Position numbers and translations under genes: made by a program. From the NCBI RefSeq assembly GCF_000181795.1, contig NW_003526948.1, positions 2,286,921-2,350,920 on the forward strand: DNA of 64,000 nucleotides, written 5' to 3'. Position 1 is the stretch's first letter. Each line of letters starts with the position of its first letter. Source of the stretch: Trichinella spiralis (lineage: Eukaryota). Below the pieces are notes generated by a model that did no database searches, was not told the origin of the DNA, and saw nothing but the letters and a program-made list of their open reading frames with translations. This document shows positions 1 to 12,079 of the stretch, one piece after another.

Positions 1-823
1 GAAATTTTCTGAAACTTCCAGAAATACGATTTTCTCTGAAAATGGAATTCATCGATTGGCGACAATTACAGGAGCACTAGATATTTATTTCGGCTGTTCC
101 ACATGCGTAGTTCTCGAGACATATCCTAAAAAGTGGATGGATTTCCTACGTATGAAAATAGGCAATATGCCAATTTTAGAAGAAATTTATTCCATTTCTA
201 TTCATCCATTTAAACTACAAGAGTATCATTGTCGATCCGGATGCGTAGTTCTTGAAATATTTTCAAAATAGCAGAAAGCTTAAATAGTATCAAGAATATC
301 TGTATATAAAGAAAAGAAAATGTACAAAAATCCCAAATATGCTTCATGAAAGGACATTTAGATTAATCATGAAACTACCGAATGTTCAGTCACTTCACGC
401 CACTAGAATACAATTACTTCAAATGTTACTAAAGGAGGGCACGCTATCTGACGTCAATATGATAAATAAGGACTAGCATAGGCTTCTGACTTGGTTTGAA
501 GAAGGGTGTTTGGAATATTTGAAAAACAACCCTCACGTAAAATTATTCCATTTAGCATAACTGAACCCAAAAAATGTAAATGAAATGGAAATCCATATCA
601 AAGATTAAAATATTCTCCACGTGTTTCTTTTACAATACATTAGTCTCAGTACAGAGAATTTTATGTGAAATACATAAACAAATGCTAGTAAACTTGAAGG
701 TTCAATACTTTATTAACATCATACTTATTTTTCTAGCTTTACGCTATTTTTTGTTGAAAATATTAAACAGATTCAGTTAAATTTTCAGGCAATTGTAACA
801 TATCTCGCAACAACGCAACAAAC

Positions 824-864
824 CTAAATGGACGTTTTCCTGTCGCTGATGTCCAGCTATTCAT
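824..864 (-). other. Possible first coding exon (MNSWTSATGKRPFR) of a gene continuing leftward out of the window
   Basis: Minus strand shows an acceptor-like TTTAAAG upstream, ATG at 864 and a donor AG|GTTTGT at 823. No downstream exon identified. Confidence 0.2.
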
Positions 865-3264
865 CGTGCTGATAGCAAGCTACTTTAAAGGAATAAAAAT
901 AAAATAAATAAATTCTGCTTCATTCTGCATTCCAGAGAAAACGCTAAACAGCGCGGTCATTGCACATCAGCAAGTTGCGTTTACTACAAACAAACAATGA
1001 ACTCAACTACAACGTGCAAAGAAAGCATTACGAAATAAATTTGCATAACGTTCACTTCTACTGATAGCGTAGAGCAACGTCAATTGGGTGAAGGCAAGCT
1101 TGAGTACTGAAATTTATGAAAAATGAATAAAATTAAATGAAGTAGCAATGTATGAATTATTAAACATATGAAGATTGAAACGATTTTCAAAATTTGATCA
1201 AAAAATAGAAAGGTGCAAAAACATCAAAAATTGAAAAGGAAGCTAAAATTGTGAAAATTGAGATTACGAAAATGTTTTTCATCTCCATGTGGGAAGCAGG
1301 AACACCAGTATAGTAAGCACAGTGAAATACTGAACACTATCCAATACTGAATTTTGACAACGACTGTCATTTACTGAAATAATAATCTATGGTATGTACA
1401 GCTGAAAGCAAATAGTTCAGTTAGTGAAGCAGTCAAGTTGATTTTAGTCACTTTCCTTAGAATTTCAATGTAGATAACAAGCCAGAAATTCTCTGAACCA
1501 CACATCAAGCATTTATTGAATTGCAATGTATGCTAAACTACTGAATAACATTAGTAAAGAAGTAAATAAATTGTACATCAATAATTACTTTTATATTAAA
1601 ATAAAACGGTCGAAAAAATGATTTGACTAAAAGTGAGCAAGTTCGACACTTTTACGCAAACATTTCACAGGTCCATGACAGTGCTCATCTTACACAGTTG
1701 TGAGAAATAAAGCTAGCAAAATCTGATTGCAAAAGATATTTATCTGCAACAACACCAATTCCTCTTGAATCATATCCAAGTGGGTAATTGAATTTCTGAT
1801 TACCACAGGGACGACTGTGGCTCAGATTTCAATACCCAATAAATACCCTATATGCTTGCTTCAGACTGCTTGAGAAACAAATATAAATTGTTAATTAATA
1901 TAAGTATAGATATATTTATAGAGTTAGGAGATGAATTCCATGACCTTATGATTCTTCTCAAAGAGTCTTCTGCAAGCAAGAATTCACTTTTACTGCAGAT
2001 GATGCGCGTAAACGATCTAATCAAATTCTGATTAGCAACTATTATTAATGCTGATTTGAATCGAAGCGATTTCTCACAGAACAGAAGCGAAGAGTCGAAT
2101 AGACTTTTCTTCTAGCAGCAACAAGCTAACGAACACGGAACAATCTCTATTGTATACAACAAGCACAAAAGTGAAGCATCTAGTTGAGCCAACGCGAAAC
2201 CGCATTTTGCTCTCCTGCTTATCGCAGCTGCATTTATAACGCGCCCAGATGTAGTTTTGTTTCTTATTCATTCTGATCTGATATTCCGCTGGTTTAGTCA
2301 ATTTTAGCTCACGCAACATGAGCATAACGTTGCACGTGATTCTCCACTGAGCCGGCGTTAAATAATTTCGCTCACGCAAATTGTGATTTCTTGCTAGTGG
2401 ATTTTCAAATAGATTCAGTTTTTGAAATAAAATTTCAAGAGATAGATATATGTGTGTTTTGAATGCATAAATGTATAAACTAAAAGAAAAAGAAAAAGTA
2501 TCATCATAGTTCATAAAATTAGCATGTTACAAAATACTTTTATATAGAAATCAAAGAGGTATTTCCCCAATTGAAGCTGATCATTAAAAGCACGCAGCGA
2601 CTTAATATTTTGGTAGAATTTCCTTTTAATGGACAATGCTTTGTCAGAAGTGCTTCGTTGCAGTTCATATTCCAGTCATGTGTAACTGTTTCTCAAAAAA
2701 ATATTTCCAGCATTAGTATAAATCATTGATTCATTGACGTATTGAAAATTAAATGTAAAATCATTGAAAAAATCTTCAATGGCATTGAACTGGAATTTGC
2801 ATATATGTCAGAGAAATAACAAATAAAATAAAGATGTGTACTGAAATTGTGCAATAGCAGAAATAAAATGCTTTGAATTTGAAAATATCCATCGTCCATA
2901 AAACATCCATAAAATGAAATAAAAATAAATGTTCAAAACCAACACTTTGAGCAATTTAGTTGTGCAATTTATTGTGAGAAAATAATATTAACTAATTGAT
3001 TAATGCCGAAAGAAAGCACATTGTCTGGAAAATGCCTGAAACATTGATTACCGGACAAAAGTCATTTACTATATTATACAATACATGGTGAATATATTAT
3101 TGCAGAAAAGCACGAAAACTAATGACTGTAATTTTGCTTGTACAAATAATGAGTTAAAGAATATTTGAAACATAAAAATAGGAAAAAACTGAAGTTTATT
3201 GTTAATGAATGTGATGAAATAATTGACAATAAATGTCTAGTGATAAGAGGAAAAAGCGAAGCAG

Positions 3265-3780
3265 CTAGAAAAAATTCTTATTTAAGCTATTTTGAAGTCG
3301 TTCTGCATAACTGCGGGTAATGGATGGGACATTAGCCATTGTGTCCAACGCGGACTCGCCCTGGGCCCAACTTTGCATCTCAAGATCAACTTTGTTAACA
3401 GTTGCAGGAGCTGAGTTTGCTTCAGGCGATAAAGTTTCAGTCACGACTGGTAATGCATCCGATGCAGGAGATTCCATCGGTGGTGGAGATACCGGTGGTG
3501 GCATGGACACCGTAATATGGCATTGCGGAGCCGCTAACGTTGGAATAGATTGTTGCTGCGTATACACGTATGTTGCGTATGTTGCGGAATAGGTTCGCGA
3601 ACAATCAGTCTCAGATTGTAGCATCTCTGGAGGGGGTGGATTTTCGTCTTCGCTTTCATTCTTGTTACCACACCACGAACAAATTAACAGCAAACCAACC
3701 GTTCCTGCCAAAGTAATCACCACAGCAAAAATTTGAACTGACAAAGAGCCGGTTGTATTTAAATTATAAAGTATATCCAT
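3265..3780 (-). CDS. Uncharacterised 171-aa single-pass membrane protein with Pro/Ser/Thr-rich tail
   Basis: Uninterrupted ORF with a TTTCAG acceptor just before the ATG. N-terminal NTT sequon, hydrophobic segment VQIFAVVITLAGTVGLLLICSWCG, then PPPP and PPPVSPPP tracts. More GC-rich than the flanks. Confidence 0.75.
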   Translation of the reverse strand: MDILYNLNTTGSLSVQIFAVVITLAGTVGLLLICSWCGNKNESEDENPPPPEMLQSETDCSRTYSATYATYVYTQQQSIPTLAAPQCHITVSMPPPVSPPPMESPASDALPVVTETLSPEANSAPATVNKVDLEMQSWAQGESALDTMANVPSITRSYAERLQNSLNKNFF

Positions 3781-4774
3781 TTCTGAAAGAGAATAATAAT
3801 TTTTTCTCTTGTAAAAATGATCATTGAATTATTTATTTACTTATTGGAGCACTTATCAGGTAGGTGTATCTGCAACGAAGAAAAACTGTTTACACTGATT
3901 TGAACACCAATGCTGACTGACAATATGTTCAAAGGGATTGATGATCTCTTTAAACAACACCTTTAAACTACTTTGAAACGCACAATTTTAGTTTAAATTA
4001 AAGAATTGAAGGTGAACAATATAGTGGTATTGAATTCTGCTTCTGCATGCTATAAAATTACATAAATTAAGAAAATAAATTATGATGTGATTCTCTCTGG
4101 TGAAAATGTTCACTGGTTATACAAATTTGTAAATAGGCATTCTAATAATTACCAGAATTGTACAACTTAATTATATCAGGCAGTGTGAGAACATTTATTT
4201 CATTATACAAAAAGGTTGTTTTCCTAAAATAAACATTGTAATATGAAAAGCAAGACAATCTAACAGAAATCAGTAGCAATATTTACGGCGTCTAATCCAA
4301 ATTTCGGTCACCCCTAACAAAATGTTGAATAATGAATCGATTGCGCAAAGATTTCATAACTTAACAACAGAATAATGTTAATACTTGCCAACGTTTTCCT
4401 AAACAACATATGCATATCAAAGAATTTGGTCAACCTTCCTTGGAAACATAGAACAGATATCACAATATTCCATTCTTTTCGAAAATGTCTTCATTCTTCT
4501 TGTTTTTCTGATCAACAATAGCAGAAAAGCTGACAATATAATAATTTTAAAATTCCAAATTATTTTCAGGAATAATTTGCAATTTTAATTTACTTATTTC
4601 AAACAATTATTAATTTCTGTGCAAGTATAAAGAGAAATGAAGAAAATTATTTTTTTCCAGTGAATAAAGTTGTAATAAACATAATCAAATGAAGTCAATT
4701 TTCAGTAAAATTTATACGTTTTAGGTTCTTTCCTATAAGTACAAAAAATGGCAAATTGAAGATGCATGCAAAAA

Positions 4775-5627
4775 TCAACGCGTTTTATACCGATCTTCTA
4801 GGCATTGAACGAAACAGTATGAAACAATGCTGACTACCAATGGTAACAAAGCGCTCGGAAGGAACGCAAGCCATTTGTATAGAAATACCGTCGGATTACC
4901 TGTAAAATATTATTTTCCGTACAAGCGGAAACAAAAATATTATAAGCTTATTTACTATAAGAGCAATGGAGTCCACTGTATCCTGGCTCACAAACGCACT
5001 TCATAAAAGTGTAATTAAATTTCTCTTTTTCTATTACACAATTGCCATAACCACAAAATCTTTTGGATTTCGCATCTTTTGCATGACAATGAAGAACTTC
5101 TGCTGGTAATAAAGAATGTATTGAAAATAAGTATGATTCTCACTTACCAACATCGAAATCTTTATCAATAACTAACTGTAGTTCATTGCTAATAATTCGA
5201 CATCTGTAGCCGATTCTATTTTCAATTCGTTTCAAACTTCTTATAGACAGTCCGTGCTCACTTTTCGCATAGTTCCTATTAATAAATTACATAACAAAAC
5301 AATATAATTTCCTGCAATATCTTTAGTGAAAAGTTGCAAAATGACAAACCAGAAAATTTGATTTTCATGGAATACAACTTTCTCTAATCCATATGCATTT
5401 CTTTCATACCATTCTGTATTAGCAGATAAATTGCTGATGCCTATTTGAAATAAATATAATATTTCAGTGGCAGAGCAGTCAAGAAACAAAGATCTTCCGG
5501 CGAAATTTGTCATCTTCTCTTTTCCTATATGACGTCTAATGTACCTCTTTCCATTTATATTTAGCGTGTTGCAGGTCACTGAACACGCCAAACATAAAAG
5601 TAAATTTAGGAAAAATATCAGACCCAT
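4775..5627 (-). CDS. Signal peptide-Ig-EGF-TM protein (neuregulin/Vein/IGEG-like architecture), ~224 aa, 4 exons
   Basis: Exons 5627-5350, 5275-5148, 5099-4956 and 4899-4775 join in frame via GT-AG introns (675 nt). Signal MGLIFFLNLLLCLACSVTC; Ig motifs LDCS..EWY..GLSIRSL..GYRC; EGF CHAKDAKSKRFCGYGNCVIEKEKFNYTFMKCVCEPGYSGLHC; TM WLAFLPSALLPLVVSIVSYCFV. Confidence 0.8.
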
Positions 5628-6494
5628 GTCTGTCTTCGGCAAATGCAAAGAGTTCACAACAGCAACAGTGTAAGGGTAAACTCGGGGAACAGTTGAAATA
5701 AAACAGCTGCGACCACAAAGTTTACAACTTTTGCATTGTTTAAAAAGAACTTTAAAATACAATGCTTTAATGTTTCTACTGTTAAAAATCATCGAATGAA
5801 AACTTTTCAATTATATGGTAATGTAACTTCCATAATTGCAACAAACAAGAACAGAAGTGCAGATAAATTGAAAAAAAATTATTATAAATGCAATGTTTTG
5901 GAAATTTCTTGTTTTTTACAATAGTGACCTGACCATGATATTATGACAAAATCCCAATTTCCTGATTTATTTTCCTTAGCGATCGTATCTTGGCTAATGG
6001 GCAACAATTTATCGCATCCGAAGTGGGTGCGCACTTTTTTTCTAATTATATCTCATTTGATTGAAACAAATAGTGAATGAAATTGGGATAGTAAACTGAA
6101 ATTATATTTGTTTCAAAGAAGTGTTTTCTACAAGGAAGAGCATCATCGATGAGCTTCGCCAACACCACCTGCGCTTCTTGAAACTTCATATCCGTCAAGA
6201 ACGTAAGCTAAATGAACATATCGTCTGCGTACAAGAAAAGTTGCATAGCTCAAAACGTGGAATATTACTGAAAATTCTAGGAAAGAATATCAACAGTGTA
6301 AACAATAATGAGAAATAGCGCAAAGCAGTCAATATAGTTCAACTGAATTATTTTATAATTAATTTGATGCAATCTCGACTGAGTGATGACACTCCTTTGA
6401 AAAATTTATTCATTTAAATGAACAAAATTTTCTTGACACCTGATTCAAGATTTGACAGAATATGAGTTTTCTGCTTTTTACATTGTCATTCATC

Positions 6495-9400
6495 TTAGGG
6501 TTTTGTTTTCTTAGCAGTATCTGTGATACTTTTGCCACGGACGAATGGCCCGCGATTTTGCTTGAAAAACAGACGCGATCTTGCTGCCATGTCCTGAAGA
6601 AAATAAATCAAATGAAATAAAACTAAATGCATAAAAAACATCAAAACAATTGCAGTTACAGCAGATTGTGATGCGCTGACCGTGCCTCTTGCTTCAGTGG
6701 AATCTCCTCCTGTGGAGGAACCACCTAGATGAAATATACATCATGTACAGGCATGAAATGTTCAGTTATATAAAAAAGAATTTACCTCTAAAACACCTCA
6801 TAACCGAATTAGAGTAATCATAGGGCTTATAAAACGCTTTCAAAGTTTCATTTGGCTTCTCAGTGGATAAACTGCTGCTGTTATGTTGTGTGTCCGTCAT
6901 TTTATTAGGTTCCTGTGCTTTTCCACCTGAATATGCAGGGCCAGCAGACTGTATTTTTATCACTTCGTCACAAACTTCAGATTTCTATTGAACATTAAGC
7001 AACCAACTAAAAATAAAATAATAACAAATACAAATAATATTGCTAACCTCTTCAGCGGCCTTCCGTTGCTCATCATTGTAACCAACATCCCACACAATTC
7101 TTGCCGGTTCAGGTTTGTTGACATCTCGAATCTCTTTCGTCAAACAATACTTTTCAAAAATTGCAAAATCATCCAATAACAACAACTCCGCCCTTTCGTC
7201 CTTTTCTGTGCCACTTTTAGCAGAATCACTTAACAACATATTAATCAATACACACAGCAAATATTACTCTCACACATGGCATACCATTGGGAAGTTAAGA
7301 GAACGTGATGAAATGTTTCACCTGAAGATGCTTTAAACGATTCTGAGATGGGCATCGACTGCTTCACTGTTTCATCCACTGGCTTGTCAAATATTTGTGA
7401 CAAAGGGAGTTCCTTCTTATTCTCATCAATATAAATATCATGCGGTCGTCGACGGGCAACTGACGAGCGTTCCACTGCCACAGTTTCCGCTTTCGGTGGT
7501 TTCTACAAAAAAAGAACAGACAGTGAATATATAACAATTTACCAACAATGAAATGTACGTAAAATAAATATAACCATAGTAAATAAATCGAGGCACCAGG
7601 CATCACAAATAATTTTCTGAATTTCCTGCAAGTGCGGCATAAGAGCTCCCGTAATTGGCTTGCAGGCGTTTTCCAACAGTTGCATATCTCGTGGCAATTT
7701 TGCAGCCAAATTTCGCAGAGTCTCATTTCTCATTATGTAATAAACCGATTCGTCAGTAATGCGAGCAACTCCATCTCGCCAATAGTACAACATCCTCAGA
7801 GCGTACTTTTGTCGATTATCCAAATTGAACGGAAATTTCGATTCCAATTTTCTCAATTCAAACTCGTTCGGGAATTTTTTCTTGTAAACCTACAACAACA
7901 AATAGAACAAAAAAGATAAGCATCTTAAATAGTGGAAAAATAAATCATCTACTTACTTGCAAACAGGTGTCACTGCTGCGTTTAAGCACGATCATCATCA
8001 GATCGTTGTATTCATTTCCACGGTTCAGCAATTGGTTGCGCAGCACATCCCAACAATAAAGCAAATAATGTGAATCTGAACGTGCGTATGCCAGCATTTT
8101 AGAACCAAGTGGACTTAAATAATAATAATAATAATAATAATAATTTTCATATTATTGAAAAGAAAAAAAATAGATATATATTTAATAATATATATTCGAG
8201 TACCGAATGCGCCAGTCCGCAGTTTGGTAAGATTTGTCCAAATTCACGCCAACCAATTCCTTCACTAAGAACTTTAAACTTCGCTGTGGCATTTCCAACA
8301 CTTCCATTGCGTGATAAGTGTCGAACAAGTTGACAACATAAATTCCGAAATCGCGCTGCAGCCACTGTATATCTTGTGAAGAACCGTGCATAACTTTCAC
8401 AATATTTGGATCAACGAAGGGTTCGTTCAAAATGTACATTTCATGCCAAATTGGAAACGGATCGACTATATAATCCGTATCTCGAGTGCTGATCTGCAGC
8501 AAACATGTCAATCCATAATATGACCGATAAGAGTTGTGCTAAAATGTGCATAGCATTGAAAAGAGTAGAATTATTGATGGACCTGCAATGAATAAACAAG
8601 ATGAAAATTTCCCGCTCACCTCCAAATCGACCGCAAATGCTTGCTGAGAATTTAAGTCATTGACAAGCGACTGCAAAAATTTTTTCGTCCTGACAAAAAC
8701 TAATTTACAGGCATTCAATGGCATAATTGGATGTTGGGGTTCTTTGATAGACAGCATGAGTGAATTCGGCTCGCACGTGATAATTTCATAATAATACGGG
8801 TGTGCTGGTTCAGAAGAATATTCCATCCCAGCATTGTCGGCATGCTGCTGCAGCCCCTGGATAAACAATTTTACACTCGACAACTTCTCAGGAGAGATCT
8901 CGTGGTGCTTTATACGAAGTTTAGATTTAAATGGATTCAATGAATTGTCAATTTGGTCTCGAAATTTCAACTGCGGTTTCGGAATAAAGCGACGCTTATT
9001 ATGGAAATGCATCTCATCCGAAAAATTTTCCACTAAAAAGTTTTCATTATAATTAATTACACCCGCTGACAGAAAATTTTTTTTCAAACTGCGATTCAAT
9101 TTTACAATCCAATAAAAGTAAGTAAAAATCAAAAACCTGCTCGCTCCGTTTCAACAGCTTCCTTCGATGGTGCGCTGATACAATTCCAACTAGCAGTAGC
9201 TACTTCAATTGCATTGCGTTCAATCCGCAAATCTTGTAAATATTCTCCTGAAGTACCCCGTACCTCATCGAAAGATGATGTCTAAATACAAAAAAATATT
9301 CTAAATTTGACAAAAAATTACTAATCAATCAATTAACAATTCTCTCATCCAGAATGTCGTTGATTTTGGCAATTTCATTCATCATCATGGTGTGATGTGC

Positions 9401-9793
9401 TCCATTTGGAATTTTAGGAAAAGTTTCACTGATATAAGTTATTGCCTCATTCAATCTACAAAAATATGACCAAATCAAATTGTAAAAATTTCTAACAAAA
9501 AATAAAGCATTTTTTACAGGTCAAGCAACTGCGTCGAGGCTTTCACAAGTAACATTCTCAAATTGCCTGTCAACAAATGCTGATCGCCTACCCGAAACGG
9601 ACTGCATTTCTTCAATAAATTCGCTACTGTCACACGTAATTGCTGCAAAAGTCACTCGCACCAATCAATTCATCCATCACACAATGCTTGCAAAATGAAT
9701 TTATACCTCTACTATACTTTCATCCTCTTCCAAGTCACTTAAAGACTGATCATCATCCTCCTTGTCAACATTCATCTTTTCACCAAATGCCAT
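6495..9793 (-). CDS. EXOSC10: Exosome component 10 / Rrp6 3'-5' exoribonuclease (PMC2NT, DEDD-Y exonuclease and HRDC domains), multi-exon
   Basis: Motifs AFAVDLE|HNSYRSYYGLTCLLQISTRDTDYIVDP, KVMHGSSQDIQWLQRDFG, YQTADWRIR and HRDC WRDGVARITDES; exons linked by GT-AG introns; stop at 6495. Confidence 0.95.
8121..8143. repeat. (AAT)n microsatellite in an EXOSC10 intron
   Basis: aataataat... tandem run seen directly. Confidence 0.9.
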
Positions 9794-10131
9794 GCTTAAA
9801 TAAAAAATGTGAAACGAATTGCCAATCACTTGCAAAAAATATTCATTTCGCTGAACAACGTAGAACAAATTGTTATGCAAAACCAACGACTGTTTGAACA
9901 ATTTTAATATAAACAACTGCAAACACAGATCTGTTTGCATTCAATTTAACAAATTTTCTTCTTCACCGACTTGTTGACAAGCGGCAGCTTATTTATAAAC
10001 CGCGCGCATGAAAATGCTAAAAATAAATTTAACATTTTGAAATTACATGCATACTGTAATTATAAAATGACCAATCAACTCACATTTCGTCGATGGAAAA
10101 TGTCGACTGTTCCAAAGTGGAAACAAAATTC

Positions 10132-12079
10132 TCAGATAAGTACTTTAGTTGATGAATAATTCAAATATATAACTGATCCAACAAGATTCAACATAGCAGC
10201 CAAAATGAACACCGGTCCCCAACGTCCACTGGATTGCATAACAAAATCAGCAGTCAACGGGCCCACAACAAGACCTGGCAGTGTTGCCTAAATCTTCGTC
10301 TTTCAAACAAACAAATGGGATATGCAAATTAAAATAAGATTAAAACAACATTCTGAAGAACTTTTAAAAGATTATGATACAGTTAAATACATATATTTAT
10401 TTATTTATTTACTAAAGTGTTTGATATCGCAAAGGAGACGCCTGCGTATGTCCTGCACAAGTCAGCGTGACTGCTTAAATGACCAGCGCTATTGAAAGCC
10501 AAAAATCCCATGCACAACGAAACTACTCTAAAAGTAAATCATTAAAAAGTATTAAAAAATTTATTTTTGTTCTTTGTAAACTTCACTCACAACAAAGACA
10601 AACCAACATGATCAAGAACTGAAAAACAGATCAGAAAAACTGCTGGTACAGCTAATCCAATCACAGTGCACAACTGCCGAACCCTAACCACTCGTAATTT
10701 ACGCTTATTGATCAACCAATCTGCAACAGGTCCAACCCCTAACAAAATAAATTAAAAAAAAGAAAATTTTTTTTAAAGTCTTTTTCTTTACAAATTTTTT
10801 AAATAATCAACTAAAACAAATAACACAAGCGTTAAAGCAAAATCTACCAGCGAGAAGAAAAAGATTACTGTAACTAAGAAAAACTAAGCTTGATAACGTG
10901 ATCAGAAATAAAAAGAAATGCTTGCCAATTCCAAAAATGCTGTTAAACGCATATGGTAAACAAGTGAAACTGAGTATTGAATTGTCTGCATTGAAAGCCA
11001 TACGTAAGTACACCGGAAGCCAATGCATTATTATGTATGATGTCCAGTTCATGCAAAAATGTGCGACGTACACGCAGAGCAACTGCGAAGAACAGAAAAA
11101 TATTCGCCAACTTTTCATAAGATTAAAACTCTAATTAACAAAAAATGTGTTTCAAAAATTATAATATTTTGCATGCATCTTCTTATTACTTTCAACACGT
11201 GACTGGTCTGTTCGAACGGCAGAATCGGAGCGTAGCGCAAGAAACGCCACCATGCAATGCACCATACAATTCCTACCATTCCGAACAAATAAAATGGCCA
11301 TCTCCAATGCAAATGTGGACAACACTTAACAAGGGATTTAAAATGAAGAGAATATTATTACGTCAAATTTGTTAATACCACTAAAGCCATAGTTTGACCA
11401 ATAGAAGCGAACGATGACAAATAGCTGAAAGCAGTAGATCGTTTTTCTGATGGAACATCTTCAGCAAACAATTTGTAAATTGTCGGCAATCCTTAATTAA
11501 AAAAACAATTTCGAATAAATAAAAACAAACTATCACCATCAATACAAAAATCATTCAGCTTAACATTCCTGAAAATCTCCTTAATTAATTTCCATTATCT
11601 TACAGATGGCATGTTTAAATAATATCGCTTTTCATTTTTAAATTAAACAAAAAAATTAATTACATAAATATATTTACCTAAACCTTCGCCTAAACCCAGA
11701 AGCAGTCGGCTAAACATTAACAATGGAAAAGATGACGCTACGTATGGCGTAACGAGCATACTGATTGACCATAACAAAACAACGAAACCTAAAAGCCCAT
11801 AACTATTCCACTGTGCTCCAATGCAGCTACTCAAGATCTAAATCACTTAATTCAAATAAAACACACTTATGGATCATTTCAACCAACCTGACTGCCAATA
11901 TAACCGGCTGAGAAAGCGCTGAGAACCCATCCTTGTTGATAAATTCCATATTTCATTTCTTCAGCCAGTTCCACGATGGCAATTGGCATAATAATACGGT
12001 CAACAGCATTGATGAAATTTGCAATACAGCACATATAAACAAGGTTTGAGGGAAAACTAAACTTAAGAGACCAAACCAT
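10132..12079 (-). CDS. SLC17A9: SLC17A9-like vesicular nucleotide transporter (MFS, anion:cation symporter family), multi-exon
   Basis: Motifs NFINAVDRIIMPIAIV, GWVLSAFSAGY, SRLLLGLGEGL, HWRWPFYLFG, HFCMNWTSYIIMHWLPVY, SNT|ATLPGLVVGP; C-terminus ...YSSTKVLI-stop. Confidence 0.88.

Noticed and set aside
2074..2514. 146-aa minus-strand ORF
   Set aside because: No recognisable domain and an intron-like AT-rich 5' part; more likely promoter or UTR sequence.
5943..6318. Small plus-strand gene (MGNNLS.. joined to ORF 6121-6318)
   Set aside because: Available donor and acceptor phases do not join the putative first exon to the long frame; no homology recognised.
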